Of a stretch of 64,000 nt of DNA, positions 38,193-51,185 are shown one piece after another. Under the pieces are notes generated by a model. It saw only the letters and a list, made by a program, of their open reading frames with translations, was not told the DNA's origin and ran no database searches. The position numbers were made by a program, and so were the translations under genes. How positions within the stretch are numbered: the first letter of the stretch is position 1; every line of letters starts with the position of its first letter. This DNA comes from Mobula hypostoma (lineage: Eukaryota): positions 121,150,001 through 121,214,000 of the forward strand of contig NC_086097.1 of NCBI RefSeq assembly GCF_963921235.1. The letters run 5' to 3'.

Positions 38193-38627
38193 CTTGTCCA
38201 AAGTACTTCCAATAATTTGCCAATAGCATTAAGGAAAAGCCAATTTTCCTCCAAATTCAAAAGAAACAGATCCCAATGGAAAAGTTCATCCAGAAATTTC
38301 TGAAAACACACTGTTCTCCACTACACCAGAAAACAAAGTATATTATCATCAATTCTCTGCAAAGGAATTCAGAGGTTGACTATTTCAATCTCAACTCCCT
38401 GCAGAATCTCTAAGACCCTCAATCCTAAATGGTGCATACACTACTCTTTTAGAATCTCGAAAATCATTTTACTCATCACCTAGCGAAAGTCAACAAATAC
38501 AATTTGCATAGTTATTGTTAGGTCTGTACAACTACGTTTTAGGAGAGTTGCAGAAGCCAGTCTTATCATACGCCAAAGTAATATTTAGCCAATCAGCAGG
38601 TCAAGAAACTTGCCATATGTAGATTAG

Positions 38628-41035
38628 TTCAAAGTATAAAGTAAACTTGTTATCAAACTATGTATATGACACCATATACAACCATGAGATTCAGATTCTT
38701 GCAGATATACTCAATAAATGTATAAATAATCACCGTAACAGAATTAAAGAAAGATCACGCCACCGTGGGCACTCAGTGTGCAAAAGACAACAAACTGTGC
38801 AAATACAAAAAAAATAATAATTAAGCAATAGATATTTTGAACATGAGATTGGCTGTGGGAATATTTCAATGATGGGGCAAGTGAAGTTGAGTGAACTTAT
38901 CCCCTTTGGTTCAAGACCTTGATGGTTGAGGGGTAGAAACTGTTCCTGAACTTGCTGGTGTGAAGTCCTGAGACTCCTGCACTTTGCTCCTGATGGCAGC
39001 AGTGAGAAGAGAGCATGTCATGGGTGGCAGCAGTCCTTGATATTGGATGCTGCTTTCCTGTAACAGTGTTTCACATAGATGTGCTCAATGGGCCGTATCC
39101 ACTACTTTTTGTAGGATTTTTTGCTTAAGGGCTTTGGTGTTTCCGTACCAGGCTGTGATGCAGCCAGTCAATATACTCTCCACTACACATCCATAGACGT
39201 TTGTCAAAGTTTTAGATGTCATACCGAATCTTCGCAAACTCCAAAGGAAATAGAGGTGCTGTCGTGCTTTCTTCATAATTGCACATGTACTGGACCCAGG
39301 ACAGGTCCTCCAAAATAATAGCACTGAGGAATTTAAAGTTACTGACCCTCTCTACCTCTGATCATCCAATGAGGACTGGCTCATGGACCTCTGGTTTCCT
39401 TCTCCCAAAGTCAATAATCAGCACCTTAGTCTTGCTGACATTCAATAAAATGTTGTTGTTATGGCACCACTCAGCCCGATTTTCAACCTCCCTCTAATAT
39501 GCTGATTCATCACCACTTTTGATTCGGGTAACAACAGTGGCGGTCGCCAGCAAACACAAATATGACATTGGAATTGTGCTTAGCCTCACAGTCATAAGTG
39601 TAAAGCGTGTAGAGCAGGGGTATAAGCACAGTCTTGTGGTGCACCTGTTTTGATGGAGAACGTGGAGACGTTGCTGCCAATCTAAACAGACTAGGGTTTG
39701 CAAATGAAGAAATCAAGAATCCAATTGCACAAGGACATATTGAGGCCAAGGTTTCGGAGCTTATTGATTGGTTTTGAAGGGATTGTATTGAATACTCAGC
39801 TGTAGTCGATAAAGTGCATCCTGATGTATGTATCTTTGCAGTCCAGATGTTCCAGGGTTGAATGAAGAGTCAATGAGATGGCATCTGCTGTGGACCTGTT
39901 GTTCCATAAGGCAAATTGGAGCAGATCTCAAGTTGCTTAAGACAGGAGTTGATCTGTTTCACTACCAATCTCTCAAAACACATCATCACTTTGGATGCGA
40001 GGTCTACTGGCCGATAGTCATCGAGGCAGGTCACCACGTTTTTCTTGGGTACCGGTATAACTGAAGCCTGGTTGAAGCAGGTGAGTAGTACACACTGCCA
40101 AAGCGAGAATTGAAAGATCTTAGTGATCACTCCAGCCAGTTGATCAGCACAGGTCTTGGGGACTTGGCCAGGTACCCTGTTGGGCTGGATACTTCTTGTG
40201 GATTCAACCACCTGAAGGCTGCTTGTACGTCAGCCTCAGACTGAAATCGTAAGTTCATTGGGGGCGGTAGGAGTTCGCGATGGTTCGCCTATGTTTTGAA
40301 GGCCAAGGCAAGCATGGAAGGCATTGAGCTCATCCGGCAGCGAAGCCCTACTGTCGCCGATAAGATGTGATAGTATTCAAGCCCTGCCACAGCTCTCCAG
40401 CACCCTTCATTGATTCACTTAGTCCAGATTTGCCATTTCACCTATGAGATGACTTTTCAGAGATCGCACCTGAACCTCTTGTAACATCCCTGGTCATCAG
40501 AGCTGAATACCTCTCATCTGGCTTTCAGCAGATTGCAGATCTCATGGTGCAACTAGGGCTTCTGATTAGGGAAGACTCTCAATGATTTTGTGGGGGCACA
40601 CTCATCTACAAATGTTTTAATGAAGTGCGTGGCAACCATGGTGTATTCATTCAGATCCACAGATGAGTTCTTAAACACAGCCCAGTCCACAGACACAAAG
40701 CAATTCCACAGCCACTCTTCTGCCTCCCGCGACCAACTCTTTGTTGTCCTAATCTCTCGAGCTTTGCTCTTTAGCTTCTGCCTGTATGTGGGTAGGAGGG
40801 GAACAGCCAAGTTATCAGATTTACCAAAATGTGGTCTAGGCATGGAATGGGAGGCATTCCTTATCTTAGTATAACAGCGGTCTAGTGTGCTGGGACCTCT
40901 GGTGCTACAGGTTATTTGCTGATGGTAATTGGGCAGGATTTTCTTCAAACAAACCTGGTTGAAGTCCCCGACTATGATTTGAAATGCTTCAAGATGGACA
41001 ATTTCTTGTTTGGAGATGGCATCATGCAGTATCTA
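38628..41035 (-). mobile_element. Old Rex1/Babar LINE (APE C-terminus, RT, 3'UTR)
   Basis: ORFs 40553-40948 (PHFGKSD), 39870-40211 (DDYRPV), 39085-39324 (CVVESILTGCITAWYG). Confidence 0.92.
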
Positions 41036-41461
41036 TTATTAATAAATTAATATATAAAGGCTTGACCACAAGCCAATGCTCTCTTTGGTAAATATGATGC
41101 AAATATTTGAGAGCTGCTGGCTGTCAGAACACATAAAGCACAGTTGGAGCTCATCAAGTACTCAACCCCACAGCAACTTTCCCTCATTGCAAGCTTCTGT
41201 AGTGCTATGAATTCAATAAAAGATTTATTAGTCAGTTCTCAGCACCTCACTTCCTAAAATCCAACAAATTCCACTAAATATTCAGATAATATAAACCCTA
41301 ATCTAAAAATTAGGAGTTTATTACCCCTGTCAGTATCTAAGACATATAAATATATATATATAAATATATATATATATACTGCAGAAGAGTTCTCCGTAGC
41401 ACAGCATATTAGAAAGTTAAAGTTGATGTAGCTGCTATATAACAGTTTCTAGTAGTTAAGT

Positions 41462-41872
41462 GAAACAGATGCTGCAGATGCAGGAAATCCTGAGTAACAC
41501 ACACACTGAATGCTGGAGGAACTTAGCAAATCAGGCAGCATCAATGGAGGGAAATCAACAGTCAATGTCTCTGGTCGAGATCCTTCATTGGGACTGGATA
41601 GAAAAGGGCCAACAAATTCCTTCTTTTCAGCCCTTTGCCTCTTCCTCCTATCACCTCCTAGTTTGTCACATCATTCTCTTTCATCCCTCTTCCCCCACCC
41701 ACCCACCTACCTTCTCCCTCTCACCTACATCGTGCCAGCTTGTGCTCCTCCCTTTGCCTTTTTATTCTGGCTTCTGCCCCTTCATTTCCAGTCCTGATGA
41801 AGGGACGCAGCCCAAAATATCGAGCGTTTATTCCCCATTATGGGTGCTATGTGACTGCTGAGTTCCTTCAGC

Positions 41873-41910
<38 letters not shown>
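41462..41910. mobile_element. Old Penelope foldback insertion ending in an expanded (TG)n microsatellite
   Basis: Minus arm ~41462-41600, plus arm ~41620-41880 with degenerate CTGATGA hammerhead; (TG)n at 41875-41910. Confidence 0.75.
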
Positions 41911-41911
<1 letters not shown>

Positions 41912-42354
41912 TGCAGTAGTTCAGGAAAATTGCATTTAGTTTTCTGCTGCTGTCATTTACTGTCAAATTCAAGGGTTGGTACATGTTAACTGCCTCATGA
42001 CATTTACACCTTTAATGTAAGGGTCCTTTTTTGCAGCAAATTCAAAAGCCCCACGAAAGTCTGGGTCAATGATCTACAGACAGGATGAGGACATTGGTTT
42101 TTTGTAGTCAAGAATCCATTCAGAGAACAGAAACTAAAGAAATATCACATGATCATTGGTTATCTATTTTTTTAAAAATCAGGTTGAGAGAAATATTGAC
42201 AGATTAATCTCTGCTAACATCCTGGGTCCTGATCCTTTCTGGTCTCTTTTCTTGGGAAGGAAAATTTTAGCAGTCATATAACCTTAAATTAAGAGTACTT
42301 TATAGTCAACTAAAGGAAGTCTAAAATAGGAATATTCGACAATTATCAGAGATG

Positions 42355-44012
42355 TTATGATAATCAACTCTGGCACACCTCAAGGATGTGTGCTTGGCCA
42401 ACTACTCGACTCTGTCTACACTAGGGTTTCTCAACTGTGGTTTCATGGAATCCTAGGGTTCCGCGAGAGATCGTGATTTAAAAAAACATTGTTCTTTGAA
42501 CTTCGCGCAATGTGCAATGCTAGCGCTCGCAGTGGTAGGCAGCCCCTCTAGCAACCTCGCTCACAGTCTCTCAGCCCAGTATGGCAGTGCACAGCAGAAC
42601 CATGTTTATTAGGTGAGTCCATTCTCAGCTTTTGATGCAAGAGAGGGGAGGCCATTGATAATTGGTGAGTACGGTACTGCACAGAGGGAGGACTGTAGGC
42701 TGATTGTGAGCGCTATATTGCACGGAGAGAGGACGGTAGGCTGATGAAGAGCGTGAAATGCATTTCCCAAGCATTAAATAGACTTGCCCAACTTGAGCTG
42801 TGACACCAACCTTTCCCTCCCGAATTATCTCCCCCAACTTCCCCTTATATACCGCTGACTAACTTATTGGAGCAAACAAACTCTATCGGTGTAGTAAAAA
42901 ATTAAATCTAGTGTGCCTACCTTTAGAAAAATTAAATCCCACTTTGGCTTGCCAGTTATTTAACAGAAATTTATTATGTTTGTCTTATGAGTTTTTCAAA
43001 TTTATGAAAGGGAAAGAAAGAGAGATTAATTTCAAGAGAGGTAAGCTAAGCTTAACTACCTTCTATTTTTCAAGAAAGGATGGCTAAAAATTCATCCTCT
43101 ACTTAATTGAACATTGACAATTATTTTTGGATTATCATATCTACACCTTACTGATCTCGCTAGCGTGAACTGTAGATATAATAATTTTTAGAGCGGTTTC
43201 CTGAGACCTGAAAATTATCTCAAGGGTTCCTCCAGGGCAAAAAAGTTGAGAAAGGCTGGTATACACACATGACTGTGTGGCTAGGCACAGCTCAAATGCC
43301 ATCTATAAATTCACTGCCGACAAAACTATTGTTGGCAGAACTTCAGATGGTTACGAGAAAGCATCTAGTAATCAGATATATCAGCTAGTTGAGTGGTGGT
43401 GCAGCAACAATCTCGCACTCAATGTCAGTAAGACCAAAGAATTGACTGTGGACTTCAGAAGTGCACAATCAGTTCTTGGTCTTATGACAGTGGCGATATT
43501 TCATTAGGAGTTTCAGGAAATTTGGTATGTCACTAAAGACATTCACAAATTTCTACAGATGTACTGTGGAGAGCATTCTAACTAGCTACATCACTGAACC
43601 ACTGAACACGATCAAAATAAGCTGCAGGAAGTTATAAACTCAGCCATTGCCATCATGGGCACTACCCTCCCCAACATCCAAGACATCTTCAAGGAGTGAC
43701 GCCTCAAAAAGGCAGCATCCATCATGAAGGACCCCATGAGCCAGGACATGCCCTCTTCTCATTGCTATCATCAGACAGGAATCCAAGAGCCCGAAGACAC
43801 GCACTCAATGATTCAGGAACAGCATCAGATTTGTGAATGGACATTGAACCTATGAACACTACCTCACTTTTTTAAAACACTTTTTGCCCTACTTATTTAC
43901 AGTGTACATACATGTATACATCTTACTGTAACTTAGTTTTTATGTATTACAACATACTGCTGCTGCACAACAAATTACACAATGTATGCCAGTGATATTA
44001 AACCTGATTCTG
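42355..44012 (+). mobile_element. Old Rex1/Babar RT and 3' fragment split by a hAT element
   Basis: GTPQGCVL..YT|HDCVARHSSNAIYKF reads through when 42422-43266 is removed. Confidence 0.82.
42422..43258. mobile_element. hAT (Charlie-like) non-autonomous DNA transposon
   Basis: TIR TAGGGTTTCTCAAC / GTTGAGAAAGGCTG; 8-bp TSD GTCTACAC (42414-42421) / GTATACAC (43259-43266). Confidence 0.85.
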
Positions 44013-44851
44013 AAAAAAGTTGTTTTCTAACTCATTCAAGCAAAACAGCTTCACAGCAAAAATAATGACATCTAACTGAAAATTGCTACCTTGTTACTTC
44101 ACTAAATACTGTTTTAAGTTATTAAATGCAGAATAACATAACCAATGCTCATAATTTTCAGCAGTCCAAACCTTAAAATAATACTTTCAGATAACCTATG
44201 TATTTGCCTGCCAACTCAAAACCAGAAATGGCCCAACATGCTTGCTTCTAATTTTAAAGAAATGTGATATACACAAAATTGCTGCAACTTTTTAAAAAGC
44301 TGGATTCACGAAGAATATAGTCAAGGATAAGGCTTGCAAAGAAGGAACATTAAGCATGACAAAGTGAAGATTTTACTCTTAGCCCAGGTCACTGTTTAAA
44401 ACAGAGAGAAGCCTGATTATATTCCTGAAAAGCTTTATCTGACTCAGTGTGGCAAGGGCATAGTTTTATGATCCAAGTCATTTAACCAGAACGCGAAACA
44501 GGGTGGAGGAAAAACTGATAGAGGAGTTTTGAAATCAATATCTGAAATATTTAATTTTCTATGAACAGAACACAAAGCTTAAGAACAGACACTCGACTTC
44601 AATGACACACAACAGACTACCGTCACAGTCCGTGTGGCCCAAGTTTATTTTCCTTATGACCAGTCAAGTTCCTGTTACAAACACTGCTGCTAGAATTAAG
44701 TTATTCAGTACAGGGTTTTGCTCCCTCATTTCAAACATTCTTTCTGGGCCCCACTCACAGCTGTAACGTTTGATATTTGGACCCAGAATAAACCTCATAG
44801 AAAAAAAATATACCACCGATAGAAAAAAAACTCTCACAATGAAGTTAAATA

Positions 44852-45758
44852 CATTAGATTCCAGTCAATTGGGCCAGCGGCTAGTTGGGACAGCTGCTTA
44901 TTCGGGACAACTCTAACTAATCAAGAAGATTACTGGGATGTATTTGGAACATTATGCCACTTAGTTGGGGCAGGAGACTGTTGCCGAATGTTTTAACGGC
45001 CACACAAGTGCATGCAGACTAACCAGGGTATGTGGCCATTAGAGTGAACAGTTTTTCAAGTGTCAGTTATGTGTGTTTGTATTCAAAAAACAGTGATTTT
45101 TGTCACAGATAGTTGGCAAAAAATAAGCAGTGAGAGAATTCTGAACTTTTTTTACTCTCTGCAATTTCAAGCATTCAGGTTTAGAAGTACCTGAAACAGC
45201 CAGGAGAGAAAATGAAATGACTTCACTACTTCACTAGTTAAGTACTAAGAAATGTGAAGGTACTGACAATCATCTTGAATGTTACAACAAAAATAAAAAT
45301 TTGGAAGATGCAATTGTCAATAGCATTGCATGAAGACAGTCCATTATCTGCACTGATTTTGTTCATTATCTACACTGGATGAATTCCTCTGTTGATAACT
45401 ATTAGGAACTAATATACAGTCTTATAGTAAACCACAAACAAGAAAAAATCTGCAGATACTGGAAATCCCTTCGACTGGTTTCGGCCCGAAACGTCGACTG
45501 CTTTTTTCCATAGATGCTGCCTGGCCTGCTGAGTTCCTCCAGCACTTTGTGTGTGTTGCAGTCTTATAGTACTACTGGTAGTATTTTATTTTTTTTCTGT
45601 ATTTTATTTAAATACATAATTTGTTACTCAGTTAAACGGTAGTTTGTCTTCTTATACATTTTTTATCTACTTCCATGAAACTTTGACAAATGGAGCAGCC
45701 ACTTAATTGGGTCAAAACATACTGTTCCCGAAGTAGCCCAATTAACTATAATCCACGG
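44852..45758 (+). mobile_element. Tigger/pogo-type non-autonomous DNA transposon
   Basis: Imperfect 23-bp TIRs ending AATTGGGC, TA on both sides; partial copies at 27345-27839 and ~58218-58492. Confidence 0.72.
45430..45558 (+). mobile_element. 129-bp Penelope-derived insertion with inverted cap
   Basis: Perfect 13-bp TSD CAGTCTTATAGTA at 45417-45429 and 45559-45571. Confidence 0.85.
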
Positions 45759-45934
45759 TATTAAAATTGTGAGTAAAAACGAGGGTGGAAGGTTGGATGA
45801 ACTCACGTGGGCAGAGCTGCAACATTACTGAAATGTTTTAAGGGATTTCTCCCTCCACTCTGCACAAAGCAAAGAGCTAGAGTTTCCCCTCCCCCAGGGA
45901 ATTTTAACTCAAGGGCAAGAGTTGCATAACTTTA

Positions 45935-47050
45935 CTGCGAGCAAGCGGGGTCCCGGGGCGGAACCCCCTATCTCACAGGACCAGTCACTGAGCTGAGGGC
46001 CGATCCCAGCACCCACAGACCTCGACACCGATTTCCAGTGTATCGTCCTTTACCACCCCGACCCTTCTCCTAGCTCGGGCCAAACCTCTCCACCCCGTCT
46101 TGGGCCAAGGCTCTATCGGCTCCCCTTCCCCTTCTCGGGCCCAGTGTTCTCCTCTCCTCCCGTTCGTACCTCCCCCCAGTATACTGGCCCACCTCTGCTT
46201 CCCCGCTTCACCTGCCCTGCCACTCGGGTCGCCGAAACCCCTCTCCTCCCAACGCAAGCACACACACTTCCACTCGGGACCCAGCCCCTGGAACCACGGT
46301 CCTCCTCCCACCCCCGGATCCCAGCTCGCCCCCACTTCCACCCGGGACCCAGGCCCTCCTTCCTCTGCCTGATCCTCCCCCTGAGACCCAGACCCTTCCC
46401 CCCCCATCACACCCCAATTCCACAGGAGACTAGCCTCCCCCACTTTCCCTCATTCCCCTGCCCCTTCCCTCGGGACCTCGGCCCTGCCTTCCTGCGTTCG
46501 TCCCCCCAGGACCCAGGCCCCCTCTCCCGCCCTTCCTTCGGGATCTCGCCCCCGCTTCTCCCAGTTCCCAGTCTCTCCTTCCCCCTGGCTCCCAGCTCTC
46601 TTCCCCTCGCCCGCCGGAGACGTGCTGCCGTGTTGCGACGGATACCACCCCCCAGCACCACCATCATTCTCCCCGTGGGCCTGAGCCGAGTCCGCTCCAC
46701 GAGCTCCGGCGCCCCGGTTTGGCCAAGGCCGCTGAACGAACCAAGCCGGCCCAGGAGAAGGCCCCAGCCTTTCCCCATTTCCTCCCTGCACTCCGGATCA
46801 TCCACCCAGTCGCCACCTCCCCCTCGCTCCCGGCCTGCTCTCTTACCTCGGAACATCCGCAGCAGCTCGTCTGCGCCATCAGCGCGGCCGGTCCTGGAGC
46901 TGTGGAGGGGCGGAGACAGGCCCGGCCCGGCCTGGTCCGGGACACCCAGGCACTCCCAGCCCAGCAGCCCAAGTTGCAAAGGACCCGGAGCCACCGGACA
47001 CGGATTAATGAACCGACCGCCTCCCCCTCTCCTTGTTATCAATTCTCGCT
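45935..47050. promoter_or_regulatory. CpG island, probable promoter or 5' end of a minus-strand gene
   Basis: Non-repetitive, GC- and CpG-dense block in an otherwise CpG-poor window; GC box GGGGCGG at ~46907-46913; strong C skew on the + strand. Confidence 0.75.
46847..46879 (-). CDS. Candidate first coding segment MAQTSCCGCSE (exon possibly 46899-46847), gene unknown
   Basis: Minus strand ccctccacag|CTCCAGG..CTG ATG GCG..TCC GAG|gtaaga: near-consensus donor inside the CpG island. Confidence 0.45.
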
Positions 47051-47099
47051 ATTTCGTCCCTTTTCTCTTTACTGATTCTCTGCCATACTCTCTCAGAAA

Positions 47100-48170
47100 C
47101 TGACTGTCTGTCTCTCTCTCTCTCTCGCTCGCCCTCTCTAAGGCTGTTACTGATTCACTCACTCTCTCCCCCTCCCTGTTAACTGACTTCTCTCTGCACA
47201 ACTCTACAACTGACTCTATATCTCTATCTCCCCCCTCTCTCTCTCTCTCTCGCTCGCTCTTCCTGTTCCTATTCCCGTAACTGATTCTCCCTCTTAACTG
47301 ACTCTCTCTATTCCTGTTACTGATTTATTCCTCTATCCCGTTCACAGTTACCGATTCTCTCCACCCATCAAGTTACTATTCTCTCAATACCATTCACTCT
47401 GCCCACCCCGTTACGAAACCCTCTGTTACCCATTCCCTGTTTTGAAACTCTGTTACCCCCTTCCCTGTTACGAATCCCTCTGTTACCCCTTCCCTGTTAT
47501 GAATCCCTCTGTTCTCCCTCCCTGTTATGAATCCCTCTGTTCCCCCTCCCTGTTATGAAACCCTCTGTTCCCCTCCTCAATATGAATCCTTATGTCCCCC
47601 TTCCTGTTACAAATTCTTCTGTCCCTTCCTTTTATGAGTCCTGTCCCCCATTAAAAATCCTTTTCTGTGTCTTCACCAGTATGAAGCTGTCTTGTCCCAC
47701 CCACCATTATGGATCTTGCTTCCCTATTACGAATCCTTCTGTCCCCCATTCTAAATACCACAGACCCCTTCATGTTACGCATTCCTGTCCCCCTCCCTGT
47801 TACAATTCTGTGCCTGTTATGATTTTCTCCAACCCTCTCCCTGCCCTGAATCCCTCCATTCTTCCCTTTCCTAGTTCCTTCTGCCCCCTCCCTGTCATGA
47901 TTCCCCTTATCCCTCCATTACTGATTCTATCTCCCTTTCACCGAGCTTGTCCATCACCTAGCTACTATTTTTCATTCTTTGCTCTCTGTTAGTGATTCCC
48001 CCTCATTTCTCTGTTAGTGTTTTCCTCTCCTTCAGTTGCCCTGATTCTTTCCCCAATTTTTGTTTCTTCTTCATTCTCCTCTCTACATCTCTCCCTTTCA
48101 TTTCTCTCCTCTGATTGCTCTCTCTCTCTCTTTCATTTCTCTTCTCTGATCTCTCTCTCTCTCTCTCTTA
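47100..48170. repeat. Pyrimidine-rich tract with (CT)n runs and a degenerate ~28-bp minisatellite
   Basis: Unit CCCTGTTATGAATCCCTCTGTTCCCCCT repeats most clearly at ~47405-47620 and decays on both sides. Confidence 0.85.
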
Positions 48171-49149
48171 TTGCTCTGTTCTTATAACCTTTATAACCAT
48201 ACTGAAGAAGGCATATGTTGTCCATCTGCATGCAACAGTATTTTTTTCCTCTTGCCTCCCCCTGCTGGTTAACTACTTGTCAGCCAGCACACCAGCAATG
48301 CAGGGCAGACACAATAAATTGCAAATATACAACACTCCTCCCCTTTAAATCAAACTCTCCTCATGAAGTGTAGATAAAGTGGACAGCCAGGGCAGAAATG
48401 GCTAATATGAGAGGGCATAAATTTAGGGTGATTGGAGGAAAGTATAGGTGGGATGTCAGAGGTCACAGTGTTGGGTGTGCGGAATGTGCTGTCAAAGTTA
48501 TATGCATAGGGACATTAAGAGACTCTTGGACACATGAATGAAAAAAAAATGAAGGGCTCTGTGAGAGGGAAAGGTTAGGCTGATCTTGAAGTAAGTTAAA
48601 GGGTTGGTACAACGTCATTGGTCCAAAGGGCCTGCATTCTGCCATATTCTATGCCCATCAGTGCTGCAAATAACAGACACCTGGGACTGAAGTTTAGGCG
48701 CAGAACAAAATCAGGGAATTATTTTGTCTCATACTATTTTAGTTTGCCATCATGTTCAGCACCGACATCAGGGGCCAGAGGGCCTGCTCCTGTACTGTAC
48801 TGTACTGTACTGTTCCATGTTTATGTTCAGGCAAAACAAAATTAGATATCTCCAGTTTACTCTCTCTAGTGCCTAAGCTTGCCTTGTAGAGTTTGTGTTT
48901 GGGAGTAAGGGATGCTTACTAAAAATTCCACATGTATCTTGGATGTCTCTAATCACCCTCTTCTTGGTGCTGGATATAAGGCCAGACTGGTCGTCTTGCC
49001 GTGAGTTCACAGCAGATACATGGAAACAGTGGAGGACAAATCAGGTTTGATCTAGGCAGACTAATGGGAAGTTGCAGAAACAACCCAACAGGCGTCCTTT
49101 TGGTTGTGCAAGTAAGAGCCTTAGCCAACCTTTGGGAAGAAGAACTGGA

Positions 49150-49722
49150 GTGAGGCTTTATAAGGCATTGGTCAGATTTGTGAGCAGTGTTAGGCCCCTT
49201 ATCTAAGAAAGGATCTGCTGGCATTGGAGAGGGTCCAGTGGAGGTTCACGAGAATGACCCCAGGAATGAAAGGGTTAAAGTATGAGGAGCATTCAATGGA
49301 TCTGGGCATGTACTCATTGGAGTTTAGAAGAATGAGGGGGGATCTCAATAAAACCTATCGAACACTGAAAGGCCTAGATAGAGTGGGCGTGAAAGGGGAC
49401 ATTTCCTATCGGAGTCTAGGACCAGAGGGCACAGCTCAGCACAGAAGGATGTCTCTTATGAAGAGAGATGAGGAGGCATTTCTTTAGCCAGAGGGTGGAA
49501 AATCTGTAAAATTCATTACTACAAACGGCTGTGGAAGCTAAGTAATTAGGTATATTTAAAGAGGAGGTTGATAGGATCTTGATTAGTAAGAGCACCAAAA
49601 GTTATGGGGAGGAGGCAGAGGAATGAGGTTGAGAGGGATAATAAATCAGCCATGATGGAATGGCGGAGCAGACTTAATGAACCCAATAGCCTAATGCTGC
49701 TCCTATGACTTATCATCTTATG
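49150..49722 (+). mobile_element. CR1 3' fragment
   Basis: ERVQWRFTRM..YSLEFRRMRGDL; CR1 3'UTR. Confidence 0.85.
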
Positions 49723-49831
49723 GACCGAGAATCATAAATATTCTTGACAGTTTATGCATCTGCTCTAGTAATTGCAGCAAGATATGATGGGGGATCAAAT
49801 AAGACAGACCACACTTCATTTCAGGAAGGGT

Positions 49832-50422
49832 CCAAATTTCTACAGATGTACTGTGGAGAGCATTCTAACTGGTTGCATCACCGACTGGTATGGAAGGGCC
49901 AGTACACAGGATCAGAAAAAGCTGCAGAGGATTGTAAGTTTAGCCAGCTCCATCATGGCCATTAGCCACCGCACCATCAAAAGCATCTTCAACAGGCAAT
50001 GCATCAGGATGGAGAAGCAACACCTTATATTCCCTCTGGGTGGCCTCCAACCTGGTGGCATAAATCTCCTTACAATAAAAAAAAATCCTCTCCTTCCCCT
50101 TGTATTCTATTCCCCACTCTGGCCTTTTTACATTTTTTCACCCCCTATCACTTCCTCCTGGGTCCTCTTCTCCTCTGGTCGACTCTCCTCTTCTATCAGA
50201 TTCTTTCTTCTCCAGCCCTTTACCTTCCCCAGCGAACCTAGCTCCACCTTCTAGCTAGCGTCCTTTCCTCTTCCCCCCCCCCCCACAACCTTTTTATTCT
50301 GGTGTTTTCCCCCTTCCTTTTCAGTTCTGATGAAAAGTCTTGACCCAAAATGCCAACTGTTTATTCATTTCCATGGATGCTGCCTGACCTGCTGAGTTCC
50401 TCTAGCATTTTGTGTGTGTTGT
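49832..50422 (+). mobile_element. Rex fragment (to ~50005) abutting an old Penelope 3' fragment
   Basis: FYRCTVESILTGCI followed directly by EKQHLIFPLGGLQPGGIN. Confidence 0.75.
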
Positions 50423-50599
50423 CTTCTATATTTGTAAGTTTGCCTGCTGGTGCTCTTGGAGACCCCCTTCATTTATCTCTCTGTCCTACTTAATCTAACT
50501 GATTTTCTTCTCTATGCCAATCATTTTTATTAGTTTCCTTCACTATCCCTTTTACGTATTTTATATTATTCTCGTTCTTTTATCGGCAAGATTTTTATT

Positions 50600-51185
50600 C
50601 GTTCCTTAAGGTTAATATAGCAGGGAAAGGTAGTAGGGATAAGCTCCCACTACCTGTTAAATGCTCCCAATGGCGTGCAACTCAAATAGCCTCCGACAAC
50701 TAACTCCAGCTCTTGACCTTCACGTGTGGCTTACCTACTAAGCCCCACAGAACTGTTTCTACTGACTAGGGAAGGGGCAAAGGCGGGTTACTGGCACCTT
50801 AAATCCAGTTGCTTTAGGCAGATGGGGCTCATCAGCTGTGGTTGGCATCTCATCTAGCAGAAGGAAAACTCTGACCTCAAACCTCTCATGCCCACTCATG
50901 GGGAAGGCTTCGGGAGTAAACCCCAAGGAAAGAATCTGGAGCAGGAGTCCCTAAGGCAGTCTTATGTTATATTCAACACTGCCTGGCAACTCCTGTGTCA
51001 CCGCAGCTGCCAAATTGTATCGGTCTTGGCTGTTATCTTTGGATTCATCAACTGCTTGGAGCGGGGCAGCCTGCTGCATGGGCAGCAGTTTGCTCTGCAT
51101 GTCGTACTACCAGGCTTGTGTATCACATATTGGTGACATCTACAATGCAATATTCATGGTCAACCCCAACCAATGGAGGCCTCAC
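50600..51185 (+). mobile_element. Second, uninterrupted copy of the 8633-10066 repeat
   Basis: Collinear similarity, e.g. AGAACTGTTTCTACTGAC, GGGGAAGGCTTC, ATGGTCAACCC. Confidence 0.75.

Noticed and set aside
46144..47103. 319-aa Pro-rich ORF and overlapping Gly-rich antisense ORFs
   Set aside because: Expected from stop-poor GC-rich, skewed sequence; no recognisable domain.
49772..50254. 160-aa ORF as a Rex-Penelope fusion protein
   Set aside because: Juxtaposition of two decayed fragments that runs on into UTR sequence.
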